From positions 1 to 37,809 of the IMG/VR virus record IMGVR_UViG_3300011335_000533: DNA of 37,809 bases; one strand, 5' to 3'. The position numbers and the translations under genes are program-made. The notes below the pieces were generated by a model. It made no database searches. It was not told where the DNA came from and saw only the letters and a list, made by a program, of their open reading frames with translations. The stretch's first letter is position 1, and each line of letters begins with the position of its first letter. Shown piece by piece: positions 9,306-16,878 of this stretch. Origin of the DNA: a virus. Taxonomy: Duplodnaviria > Caudoviricetes.

Positions 9306-9600
9306 CCCCCCTCCACCTCCATACCCCCCCTCCACCCACTCCATGCCACCTCGTGGACCCCGACGAGACATACTCTCTACGTCCTAAAAACCCCTACTCA
9401 CACTAATCCAAAAAAGATATAGGAGTGGGGTGGTGGGGGGTGGTGGGTCGAATGGGGATCCTTCATCCTGGGACTAAGAGTACCCCAAGAGTGGCTCGAG
9501 AGGGGGATAGCTCATGAAGGTCGCAAGTCACAGATATTCATAGCCGGTAGACCACGACCCCCTCCATATCTCCCGTGTTTCACGTGGAACCCCCTCCACC
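9306..9600. repeat. C-rich CCCCTCCA(C/T) repeats and opposing G-rich tract; candidate origin or packaging region
   Basis: CCCCTCCA near 9308, 9327, 9559, 9591; GGAGTGGGGTGGTGGGGGGTGGTGGG at 9422..9447. Confidence 0.5.
9576..9591. promoter_or_regulatory. parS-like site
   Basis: TGTTTCACGTGGAACC; reverse complement GGTTCCACGTGAAACA matches TGTTNCACGTGAAACA at 15/16. Confidence 0.6.
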
Positions 9601-9859
9601 TGCGCTGCCTTTCACACAGACCCCCCTCTCAGAACCCCCGTCCGAGTCGCTATCGATATAGCCCGAATTCGAGCGATGCAAGGGAGACCCCAAGAAAGTA
9701 CCTTCCTGAGCATCGAGTGCTATCGCGTTGATAGCAACGCTGGTACGAGTCTTGCTACGCGTACGCGCCTATGTTGCGCGTTTTAGCTAGTCACCCCCTT
9801 CATCTCTGCTCCATAGTCTCAGACTATCAATTTTTCTTTCGCTATAAAAACGCTTATAA

Positions 9860-9888
9860 TTGACAGATACTTGACACCGATGTATAAT
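9860..9888 (+). promoter_or_regulatory. Perfect-consensus sigma70 early promoter
   Basis: TTGACA (9860..9865)-17 bp-TATAAT (9883..9888). Confidence 0.9.
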
Positions 9889-9955
9889 AGAGGCCAGAGA
9901 GATGAAAGAGGCTCTAGGCAATAAGGCCACAACCCATAGTACATAGGAATCCATC

Positions 9956-10618
9956 ATGAATACAGCTACCACCATCGCAATCGGCCAGATGATCGTCATT
10001 GACGGAGAGATCGTCACCATCGAGTCCATCAAAGGCCGCTGGGTCAAGCTCTCGAATGACTCGAATATTAGCCGTGCCGATGCCGTCCAGGGTCGCGAAG
10101 ACTACATAGAAGATGCAGAAACACTCGGTGAAGAGCTAGATAGCGAAGAGGACGACCAGACCGACGAAGATAGCGCGAATGACCAAGCCGATACTGACGA
10201 GGCTGATGAAGAGGCAGGGTATCAGGGTTCCATGATCCGCCTCCGTGAGCGTATGGCAGAAGGCGCATATCAGAAAGCAGTGAATGGCCAACCCTGCTGT
10301 GGTGATCGCGTCGCCACTCTTCTCGGCTCCCTCGCTCCCGCTCAGGTCATTCGGGCTTGCATCGTCGCCATGGCACTCCCTGCGAATCCCTACAGCCACC
10401 TGAATGTCGGCCAGCAGAGCATGAATCTCCGCAATAAGCTCCGTGGATGCTTCAAGCGCGAAGAATTCGGGTTCGGTGTACTGGTCGAGGCAGTAGAGCA
10501 GATCCAAGATGACGAAGCCGCGCAGAAAAATGCTGCCGGACTGCTGAGCGATGCCCAATGGCAGATAGTACGAGGCAATGTCCGTACGAATGGCCAGCCG
10601 CTTGATACTGAAGAGTGA
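9956..10618 (+). CDS. Early hypothetical protein with acidic tract; paralogue of 11839..12735
   Basis: ATAGGA RBS; D/E-rich segment; NPYSHLNVGQQSMNLRNKLRG. Confidence 0.8.
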   Translation: MNTATTIAIGQMIVIDGEIVTIESIKGRWVKLSNDSNISRADAVQGREDYIEDAETLGEELDSEEDDQTDEDSANDQADTDEADEEAGYQGSMIRLRERMAEGAYQKAVNGQPCCGDRVATLLGSLAPAQVIRACIVAMALPANPYSHLNVGQQSMNLRNKLRGCFKREEFGFGVLVEAVEQIQDDEAAQKNAAGLLSDAQWQIVRGNVRTNGQPLDTEE

Positions 10619-10624
10619 ACCAGC

Positions 10625-10649
10625 CCTTACCCTGTGACAGAGGGTAAGG
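10625..10649 (+). other. Intergenic hairpin (processing or stabilising element)
   Basis: CCTTACCCT-7 nt-AGGGTAAGG, no U-tract. Confidence 0.5.
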
Positions 10650-10693
10650 ACGGGAGCATTTCGCATACCCGACATAGCATATAGGATACCATC

Positions 10694-11194
10694 ATGAATA
10701 CCTTGAATACCGCGACCCTGATCAATGACCGTGTGGGTACGATCGAATACTACAAGCGGGAGCTAACCTGCCTGCGCAAGAATCAGAAGGCTCTGACGAA
10801 GACGACTAAGCACGTGAACAGCGTTCTGGCTCGTCATCCGGAGATCGTAGTGTCAGCGTGGACGAACGTCTCTATCTATTCCTTCACCGATCCGGTGACT
10901 CTCATCGTCTCCATCTGCCATAAGGTCACGAGCATGAAAGAAGGGATCGCTCCCGCATTCATGCGCTCCCTGTTAGAGGCTGGATTCGACATCGGAGGTA
11001 GTCAAGACTCGGCAAGCGAATTCAGTGCGAGTCGCACATTCGAATTCAAAAGACCCAGTAATGAGACGATGGTACCGGTAAAGCTTACCTTCGTAGCGCA
11101 ATTGAAGAATGTCCCTGACGCGACCTGCCGTAAGGTTCAGACAGGCACGAAGGTGATGGAAGTGCCGACCTACGAATTGGTCTGCGAAGAGTAA
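10694..11194 (+). CDS. Early hypothetical protein
   Basis: ATAGGA RBS; 166 aa ending CRKVQTGTKVMEVPTYELVCEE. Confidence 0.8.
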   Translation: MNTLNTATLINDRVGTIEYYKRELTCLRKNQKALTKTTKHVNSVLARHPEIVVSAWTNVSIYSFTDPVTLIVSICHKVTSMKEGIAPAFMRSLLEAGFDIGGSQDSASEFSASRTFEFKRPSNETMVPVKLTFVAQLKNVPDATCRKVQTGTKVMEVPTYELVCEE

Positions 11195-11205
11195 TGAAGA
11201 CCCCC

Positions 11206-11234
11206 TTGCATGCCCTCCCTGGGCATGCTAAAAT
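11206..11234 (+). promoter_or_regulatory. Sigma70-type promoter overlapping an inverted repeat
   Basis: TTGCAT-17 bp-TAAAAT with TGn; GCATGCCC-TCCCT-GGGCATGC. Confidence 0.65.
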
Positions 11235-11265
11235 AGAATCTCCCCAATAGCCCATAGGAGTTAAC

Positions 11266-11553
11266 ATGATAGACAAGAGCCAACCCCCCTACACTACCGC
11301 GAGTCTTCGTCGTGCACGAATAGCGGTAGCCGCTCGGACCTGGATTCGGGAGACTGCAGCCGATCCGACGAATGAGGAGATCGATCTAGACCTGGATGGT
11401 GCCCTCCATATCTTAGCCGTCCTGGAAGATAGCGACGGTATTGACGAGATCTGGTCCGACGACCCCGAGACCCTGATGGTCCGCTTGGACTCTAGGACCC
11501 TGATCGAGATTGACACTAAATCCGGTAACTACCTGAGAGGAGAGTCAGCGTGA
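11266..11553 (+). CDS. Hypothetical protein
   Basis: TAGGAG RBS; overlaps next start (GTGA). Confidence 0.75.
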   Translation: MIDKSQPPYTTASLRRARIAVAARTWIRETAADPTNEEIDLDLDGALHILAVLEDSDGIDEIWSDDPETLMVRLDSRTLIEIDTKSGNYLRGESA

Positions 11554-11768
11554 ATGATACCGAAGCCACATTCTCCCGCTTGAAGCCCGTCTTCGATACG
11601 CTGCAAGAGATCATCACCGGAGCAGGGAGCCAGGGTATCCCCTCTGGCCACCTCTATGCGATGCTTATGACCCATATGGACCTGCAGACCTACCAGACCA
11701 TGATCGGCCTGATGGTGAAAGCAGGTGGCGTGACCCTTCAGAATCACGTGCTCCGTGCGAAATCCTAA
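11550..11768 (+). CDS. Hypothetical protein, possible small winged helix
   Basis: GAGGAG RBS, GTG start; GIPSGHLYAMLM. Confidence 0.7.
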   Translation: MNDTEATFSRLKPVFDTLQEIITGAGSQGIPSGHLYAMLMTHMDLQTYQTMIGLMVKAGGVTLQNHVLRAKS

Positions 11769-11838
11769 CCTATCCGGACCTCCCACACGGGAGGACCTTT
11801 TGCTCTTATCCGCCATCGCCATACTTAAGGAGGACCCA

Positions 11839-12735
11839 ATGGCAAATGAACGTAAACGCATACGAATGACCAATAATAGGACCGGACGACCGATTCCGGA
11901 CCCGGACACGATTGAAGGTATTGTGAACACTATCGAGGACCCAATTGACAACAGCCCACCCGCTGGCATAAAATCGGGCTTCTCCGTTTTCAACCCCGCT
12001 CCATTTAGAGCTAAACCTAAGGAAATCACCATGGCACGTAAACCCAAAGCAGAATCCTTCGTAAACGATGAAGGATACACTGAAACCGTGAACCCGGATG
12101 TCGCATCTGGACCGACTAAGCAGGAGATTGCAGCAGAAAAGGCTCTGGCGAAGATCGCGGCTAAAGCAGAGAAGACTGCAGCACGTGAGGCTTCTAAGGC
12201 CGAAAAAGTGGCTACACAGCTGGCCAAGGTGACTGCGACGAAGGAAGAGCGCGAGGCTGCCAAGTCTCAGCGCCAAGCCCGATTTGCTGCTCTGAATCCG
12301 GACGGTACCCGCAAATATATCGGGTCCATGCTAGCTCTAGCGGATCGCGTCAAGGAAGGTGCCTACGTAAAAGGTGTTACTGGACAACTCCGCTCGAACG
12401 ACGAGCTTGCCCAGATCCTGGACGGGGTGACCCCCAATGGCGTCATCCAGACTGCGAAAGCTGTGCTAGCACTGGACATGAATCCGTATAGTCACCTCAA
12501 TGTCGGCCAGCAGTCTATGAATCTGCGGAATAAAATGCGCGGAGCACTGCGCAATGGAGTGATCACTCTGGACGCTATCCGAACCTATGTGGGCGAGAAC
12601 GATCTGGACTGCAGCATTTCCATAGTCGAGAAGGCAGCTGCCAAAGCTGAACGCGTCGCTAATGCCAAAGCTGAACGTGAAACCAAAGCAGCACTGAAAG
12701 CCGCAGCCAAGGTTCCCGAAACAGCTGAAGCCTAA
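11839..12735 (+). CDS. Early protein with K/A-rich arms; paralogue of 9956..10618
   Basis: Start revised to ATG 11839 (AAGGAGG); second in-frame ATG at 12031 (TAAGGA); NPYSHLNVGQQSMNLRNKMRG. Confidence 0.8.
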   Translation: MANERKRIRMTNNRTGRPIPDPDTIEGIVNTIEDPIDNSPPAGIKSGFSVFNPAPFRAKPKEITMARKPKAESFVNDEGYTETVNPDVASGPTKQEIAAEKALAKIAAKAEKTAAREASKAEKVATQLAKVTATKEEREAAKSQRQARFAALNPDGTRKYIGSMLALADRVKEGAYVKGVTGQLRSNDELAQILDGVTPNGVIQTAKAVLALDMNPYSHLNVGQQSMNLRNKMRGALRNGVITLDAIRTYVGENDLDCSISIVEKAAAKAERVANAKAERETKAALKAAAKVPETAEA

Positions 12736-12790
12736 GCTCTGCTCGATTGGCACCCGTAAGGTGCCGCTCATAGTTTAAATAGGAGTTAAT

Positions 12791-13111
12791 ATGAAAAACT
12801 GGATAACCAGACTACGCATAGCGCTAGCCACAGCGATAGCCCCTCCGGGTACTCTCGTGGTATCCCCCTTGGTCTCCCGTCCGCTCCCACGGGCTGATAT
12901 GGCGCAGATGTACGGGAAAAGCTCCGTCGAGCCTCCAAGTCGGGCACTCTTGATCACCGGATGCACTGACCCCTCCATGTGGTACGCTGAAAAGGTCGGT
13001 ATGTACGTTCCCTATTGCGGCACATGGCCTGAAGGCTACAAATCTCGCGAGGGTACCGGATACTCGAACATCGTAAGATTCGAAGACGCAAGAATCATTC
13101 ATCTACCTTAA
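12791..13111 (+). CDS. Hypothetical protein
   Basis: ATAGGAG RBS; 106 aa. Confidence 0.75.
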   Translation: MKNWITRLRIALATAIAPPGTLVVSPLVSRPLPRADMAQMYGKSSVEPPSRALLITGCTDPSMWYAEKVGMYVPYCGTWPEGYKSREGTGYSNIVRFEDARIIHLP

Positions 13112-13125
13112 CTCTTGGACACAAT

Positions 13126-13356
13126 ATGCGAACCTGCCCCCCGTGCAATGGAAAATGTGACCAAGGTCGGACATGTCCCGCAAGAGAGATCGATACGGAA
13201 GACGAATACTGCCCGAGTTGCTCTGGAACTGGTGAAGGACAATACGACGGTTCCCGTTGCTCCACTTGTGGCGGATCCGGTGAAATGCAGGAAGAGAGCG
13301 ATTTCGATGATTTCGACATACCCGACGAATTAGAAATAGATCATGGCCCTTTCTAA
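13126..13356 (+). CDS. Small Cys-rich protein with DnaJ-type CxxCxGxG repeats
   Basis: CPPCNGKCDQGRTC, CPSCSGTG, CSTCGGSG, acidic tail. Confidence 0.65.
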   Translation: MRTCPPCNGKCDQGRTCPAREIDTEDEYCPSCSGTGEGQYDGSRCSTCGGSGEMQEESDFDDFDIPDELEIDHGPF

Positions 13357-15088
13357 TATTATCCGTGTCGATTATGACACGAAGACCCGACGATTGAAGA
13401 TGTTATATCCTTTCTTTCTTGCGGACGCAGCCAGGAATTTCCCTTCCCGTCGATTCGACCCAAAGAGCAAAACATGGAGAATGCCACTAGTGAGGACGAA
13501 TGTCCTGCACCTGCACGATACGAAACACCTCTATCTTTATGAATTCACTGAAGATGCGGTGTCTGCGATTAAAAATTACGAATCGTTGATGTCTGGTCCA
13601 AAGTATCAACCTTTCCCCTACCATCTATATGACTTCAAAAAATCTGAAAAAGCCTATGAGCCTATGGAGCATCAACGCAAGATGCTGGACAAGGCCTGGA
13701 ATCTTCCAGCCATCGCATGGTTCGCTAAAATGGGTACTGGTAAAACGTTCGCTGCGATTCATTTGGCTTGCGCTCGGTTTAGTGCTGGGCTTATTGATTC
13801 GGTTGTTATTGTCTGCCCCTCGACCCTTCGGGCTACATGGCGCAAAGAACTGGCTAAGTATTCGACTGTTGGATATGATTATAAGATTCATGAAACGAAA
13901 GCTGCTTGGCTGAAGGAATTTTATGCTGATCGAAATTCCGGTACCTTACAGATACTTGCCGTATCGGTGGAAGGTCTTGGTGTCTCATCCGCGTTGTATG
14001 ATAGTGTTTGTGGTTTCTTCCCCGGTAGAAACGTCATGGCCATCATGGACGAGAGCAGCCGAATCAAAAACCCAGCCGCGAAACGAACGGAGCGCACGAT
14101 TGAATTTCGCGATGCTGCCAAGTATCGAGTTATACTCAACGGCACACCCATTGCGCTCGGTATTCAAGACCTTTGGAGTCAGTACGAATTCCTCGACCCT
14201 AACATCATAGGCAGTGGTGACTATTGGAGCTTCAAAACCCGATACCTGACCATGGGCGGATATGATGATAAGCAAATCGTAGGCGTACAGAACATCGAAG
14301 AGCTAATGAAGTTGATTGAGCCTTACACAGTCGAAGTTAGCAAAGATGTGTTGAATCTTTTGCCCAAGATCCCGAAAACCCGGTACTGTCCCGCGACCCC
14401 TGAGCAAAAAAAGCTGTTACGCTTGGTCAAAACTGGCAATTCCACCGATCCGAACGCTCCGCTGATCAAGGTCGACAACGTGTTGGAACGAGTACTTCGC
14501 TGGAGACAGATCGTCGGAGGCTGGATCCCAAGGCAAGACCCTTTAACTGAAAAGGTAACACTGGAACCATTGAAGGAAAACCCGAAAATGGACCTGTTGT
14601 TCGACACCATTGCCGATCATTACGAAGGTTCTAAATTCATTATCTGGAGTACATTCATTCATGAAATTGAATACATCGCCGATAAACTTGCAACCGATTA
14701 TGGGCAAGACGCAGTGCGAAAATATTACGGTGCAACGGATAAACTGGAAAGGTCAAAGATTGAGGACGCATATTGCAACGACCCCCGATTGCGATTTTTC
14801 ATCGGTAACCCGGCTACAGCGGGATTGGGACTTACACTCGTTAGTAACATGGACGATGTTATGGTTTATTACTCCGGAACAAATGCATATATTGATCGAG
14901 CGCAGTCAGAAGATCGAGCGCACCGAATAGGGCAAAAAAGCTCCGTGGTAATCATGGATCTGGTGATGGAAAAGACGATCGATGAACAGATCATAGCAGC
15001 TAATGCAGAGAAGATGAATATCGAGGAATATATTATGCATCGTCTTAAAAACGGCGCTCCTCTCGAAAGCATGGAGCTGACTGGATGA
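13343..15088 (+). CDS. SNF2-family (SF2) helicase/ATPase
   Basis: MGTGKT, MDESSRIKN, LNGTP, GLGLTL, QSEDRAHRIGQ. Confidence 0.93.
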   Translation: MALSNIIRVDYDTKTRRLKMLYPFFLADAARNFPSRRFDPKSKTWRMPLVRTNVLHLHDTKHLYLYEFTEDAVSAIKNYESLMSGPKYQPFPYHLYDFKKSEKAYEPMEHQRKMLDKAWNLPAIAWFAKMGTGKTFAAIHLACARFSAGLIDSVVIVCPSTLRATWRKELAKYSTVGYDYKIHETKAAWLKEFYADRNSGTLQILAVSVEGLGVSSALYDSVCGFFPGRNVMAIMDESSRIKNPAAKRTERTIEFRDAAKYRVILNGTPIALGIQDLWSQYEFLDPNIIGSGDYWSFKTRYLTMGGYDDKQIVGVQNIEELMKLIEPYTVEVSKDVLNLLPKIPKTRYCPATPEQKKLLRLVKTGNSTDPNAPLIKVDNVLERVLRWRQIVGGWIPRQDPLTEKVTLEPLKENPKMDLLFDTIADHYEGSKFIIWSTFIHEIEYIADKLATDYGQDAVRKYYGATDKLERSKIEDAYCNDPRLRFFIGNPATAGLGLTLVSNMDDVMVYYSGTNAYIDRAQSEDRAHRIGQKSSVVIMDLVMEKTIDEQIIAANAEKMNIEEYIMHRLKNGAPLESMELTG

Positions 15089-15095
15089 ACGTATC

Positions 15096-15124
15096 TGGAC
15101 AGCCACTCCCTCCCGTGCTATACT
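15096..15124 (+). promoter_or_regulatory. Sigma70-type promoter for replication genes
   Basis: TGGACA-17 bp-TATACT with TGn. Confidence 0.7.
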
Positions 15125-15173
15125 GTAGGTACCGGGTCGACGGAACGACTCCGATAGTTTTATAGGAATCATT

Positions 15174-15536
15174 ATGAAAAATCCAGTTGTTTGGATAGTT
15201 AAAGAGCAGTCGGTGCGCAATAGCACCGGCAGCGAAGCGATGGATTACAGCCCGGCTATGGCCTACGGCGAGATCCAGTTCATCACTCAGAACGACATGC
15301 CACTTTATCCCCGCTCGTCTATTCAGATGAATTGGGACCTGGACGTATCTTCTTTTGTACAGCAATACGATCCCGCTGCGGATTTTATCATCACTACGGG
15401 ACAGCCTACCGCTATTTTTGCAGTTGGTCACCAGCTTGGCTTGGCTGGCAAGACTCCCCGCTACCTCGTCTGGAGACGCGAAGAGAATCGATATCGCGTC
15501 CTGGATAATAGTCTCCCCGAAACCGCAACTCAATAG
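15174..15536 (+). CDS. Hypothetical protein
   Basis: ATAGGA RBS; DYSPAMAYGEI...DFIITTGQP...YLVW. Confidence 0.75.
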   Translation: MKNPVVWIVKEQSVRNSTGSEAMDYSPAMAYGEIQFITQNDMPLYPRSSIQMNWDLDVSSFVQQYDPAADFIITTGQPTAIFAVGHQLGLAGKTPRYLVWRREENRYRVLDNSLPETATQ

Positions 15537-15548
15537 GAACATAGTATC

Positions 15549-15953
15549 ATGGCTGATCTTAATACCCTTCGCGCACTCTGCGCTAGAATGCAAGGCTTGC
15601 AGACTGAGAAAGACACGCTTGAAGAGTCTCTCAAGACTACGAATGCGTCAATCGACGAGTTACGACTCAAGTTAATCCCTGAGATGATGGACCAGATCGA
15701 AGTGAAGAATGCCACCTTTCCAGGGATCGGTCGTGTACAATTGGCTGGTGATCTCTATTGCTCAACTAAAGCCGGTAAAAAAGATGATGCCATGCGATGG
15801 TTGCGCGACATGGAGATGGACGGTATGATCAGCGAGACCTACAACGCCTCCTCTATGAAAGCACTGGTCCGTCGCTTGATTGAACAAGGCGCTGAGATCC
15901 CTGAGTGCCTTAACGTGACCCCGTTCATCCGCGCATCCATCGTCAAAGCCTAA
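15549..15953 (+). CDS. Conserved-type phage replication-region coiled-coil protein
   Basis: 134 aa, LIPEMMDQ...AMRWLRD...; between helicase and putative SSB. Confidence 0.7.
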   Translation: MADLNTLRALCARMQGLQTEKDTLEESLKTTNASIDELRLKLIPEMMDQIEVKNATFPGIGRVQLAGDLYCSTKAGKKDDAMRWLRDMEMDGMISETYNASSMKALVRRLIEQGAEIPECLNVTPFIRASIVKA

Positions 15954-16029
15954 GTTTCCCCTACTGGTCCTCCCTTGATGACGCTAAGCGGACCGGTTTT
16001 TGTAAGCAGCGTCTGGAGAAATGAAAATC

Positions 16030-16788
16030 ATGGCTACTCCTAAGAAAACTGAAGTCGCAACTGTTGCAGCAGATCCGTTTGCGGTAACTACGGTACCCGA
16101 CTATATTAAGCAGGGCGCAGCCCGTGGATCGGAAGAGGTCAAGTCCTCTGACATGGTGCTCCCCCGCTTGGAAATCGTCCAGGCTCTCTCCCCTATCAAA
16201 GAGTCAGATCCCAATGCTCGAGAGGGTATGCTCTTTAACTCGGTCACGCAGGAGATCATCGGTGATCACGCGTATTTCGTCCCCGTGTACTTCCGTCTGG
16301 AATATCTGATCTGGAAAGATCAGGACCAAGGAGGCGGATTCTTTGGGTCTTTTCCTACTCTGGAGCAAGCGGAAGAGCGCAAAACGACTGAGGTTCGGAA
16401 TGGTGAGAACCCCGATTATCTGGAAATCGTGGACACGCCGGTGCACTACGGACTGCGGATTACGCCTGAGGGAGAGAAAGAGCAGATTGTTATTTCAATG
16501 GCTAAAACCAAGTCCAAGGTTTCTCGTAAGTGGAACGCGATGATTCAGATTGCGGGCGGTGATCGCTTTGGTCGCGTCTACAAGATTTCCGCTTTTACCG
16601 ACGAGAACAAGAAAGGCCAGAAGTTCAAGAATTTCGTGGTCCAGCCAGCTGGTTTTCCGCCGAAAGCGGTCTACGAGGAAGCAGAACGCGTTTACGCGGC
16701 TTTCCGCTCTGGTGAAGTTGTGGCCGATCACGCCAGTGCCGTATCTGAGAAGGATGCAGCCCCTTCTGCCGATCGCGGTGGTATTTAA
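16030..16788 (+). CDS. Putative single-stranded DNA-binding/annealing protein
   Basis: GSEEVKSSDMVLPRLEIVQALSP, aromatic-rich beta segments, position upstream of polymerase; GGAG RBS favours ATG 16030. Confidence 0.55.
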   Translation: MATPKKTEVATVAADPFAVTTVPDYIKQGAARGSEEVKSSDMVLPRLEIVQALSPIKESDPNAREGMLFNSVTQEIIGDHAYFVPVYFRLEYLIWKDQDQGGGFFGSFPTLEQAEERKTTEVRNGENPDYLEIVDTPVHYGLRITPEGEKEQIVISMAKTKSKVSRKWNAMIQIAGGDRFGRVYKISAFTDENKKGQKFKNFVVQPAGFPPKAVYEEAERVYAAFRSGEVVADHASAVSEKDAAPSADRGGI

Positions 16789-16839
16789 CTGAGTCTCCCC
16801 TCCCCATGGCTCCTTTGCAGTTGCCACATGGGGTTTTTA

Positions 16840-16866
16840 CCCCCTGCCTTCGGGCAGGGGGCTTTT
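16840..16866 (+). terminator. Intrinsic terminator-like hairpin upstream of polymerase
   Basis: CCCCCTGCC-TTCG-GGCAGGGGG then CTTTT. Confidence 0.7.
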
Positions 16867-16878
16867 ATAGAGTATAAT

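Noticed and set aside
9053-9955. tRNA, CRISPR array or real ORFs in the control region
   Set aside because: No cloverleaf/T-loop signature or regular repeat-spacer period seen; ORFs 9053..9235 and 9787..10047 lack RBS and overlap promoters
16828-16878. Polymerase start at 16828
   Set aside because: Would translate through a terminator hairpin; ExoI motif is 14 residues after ATG 16879
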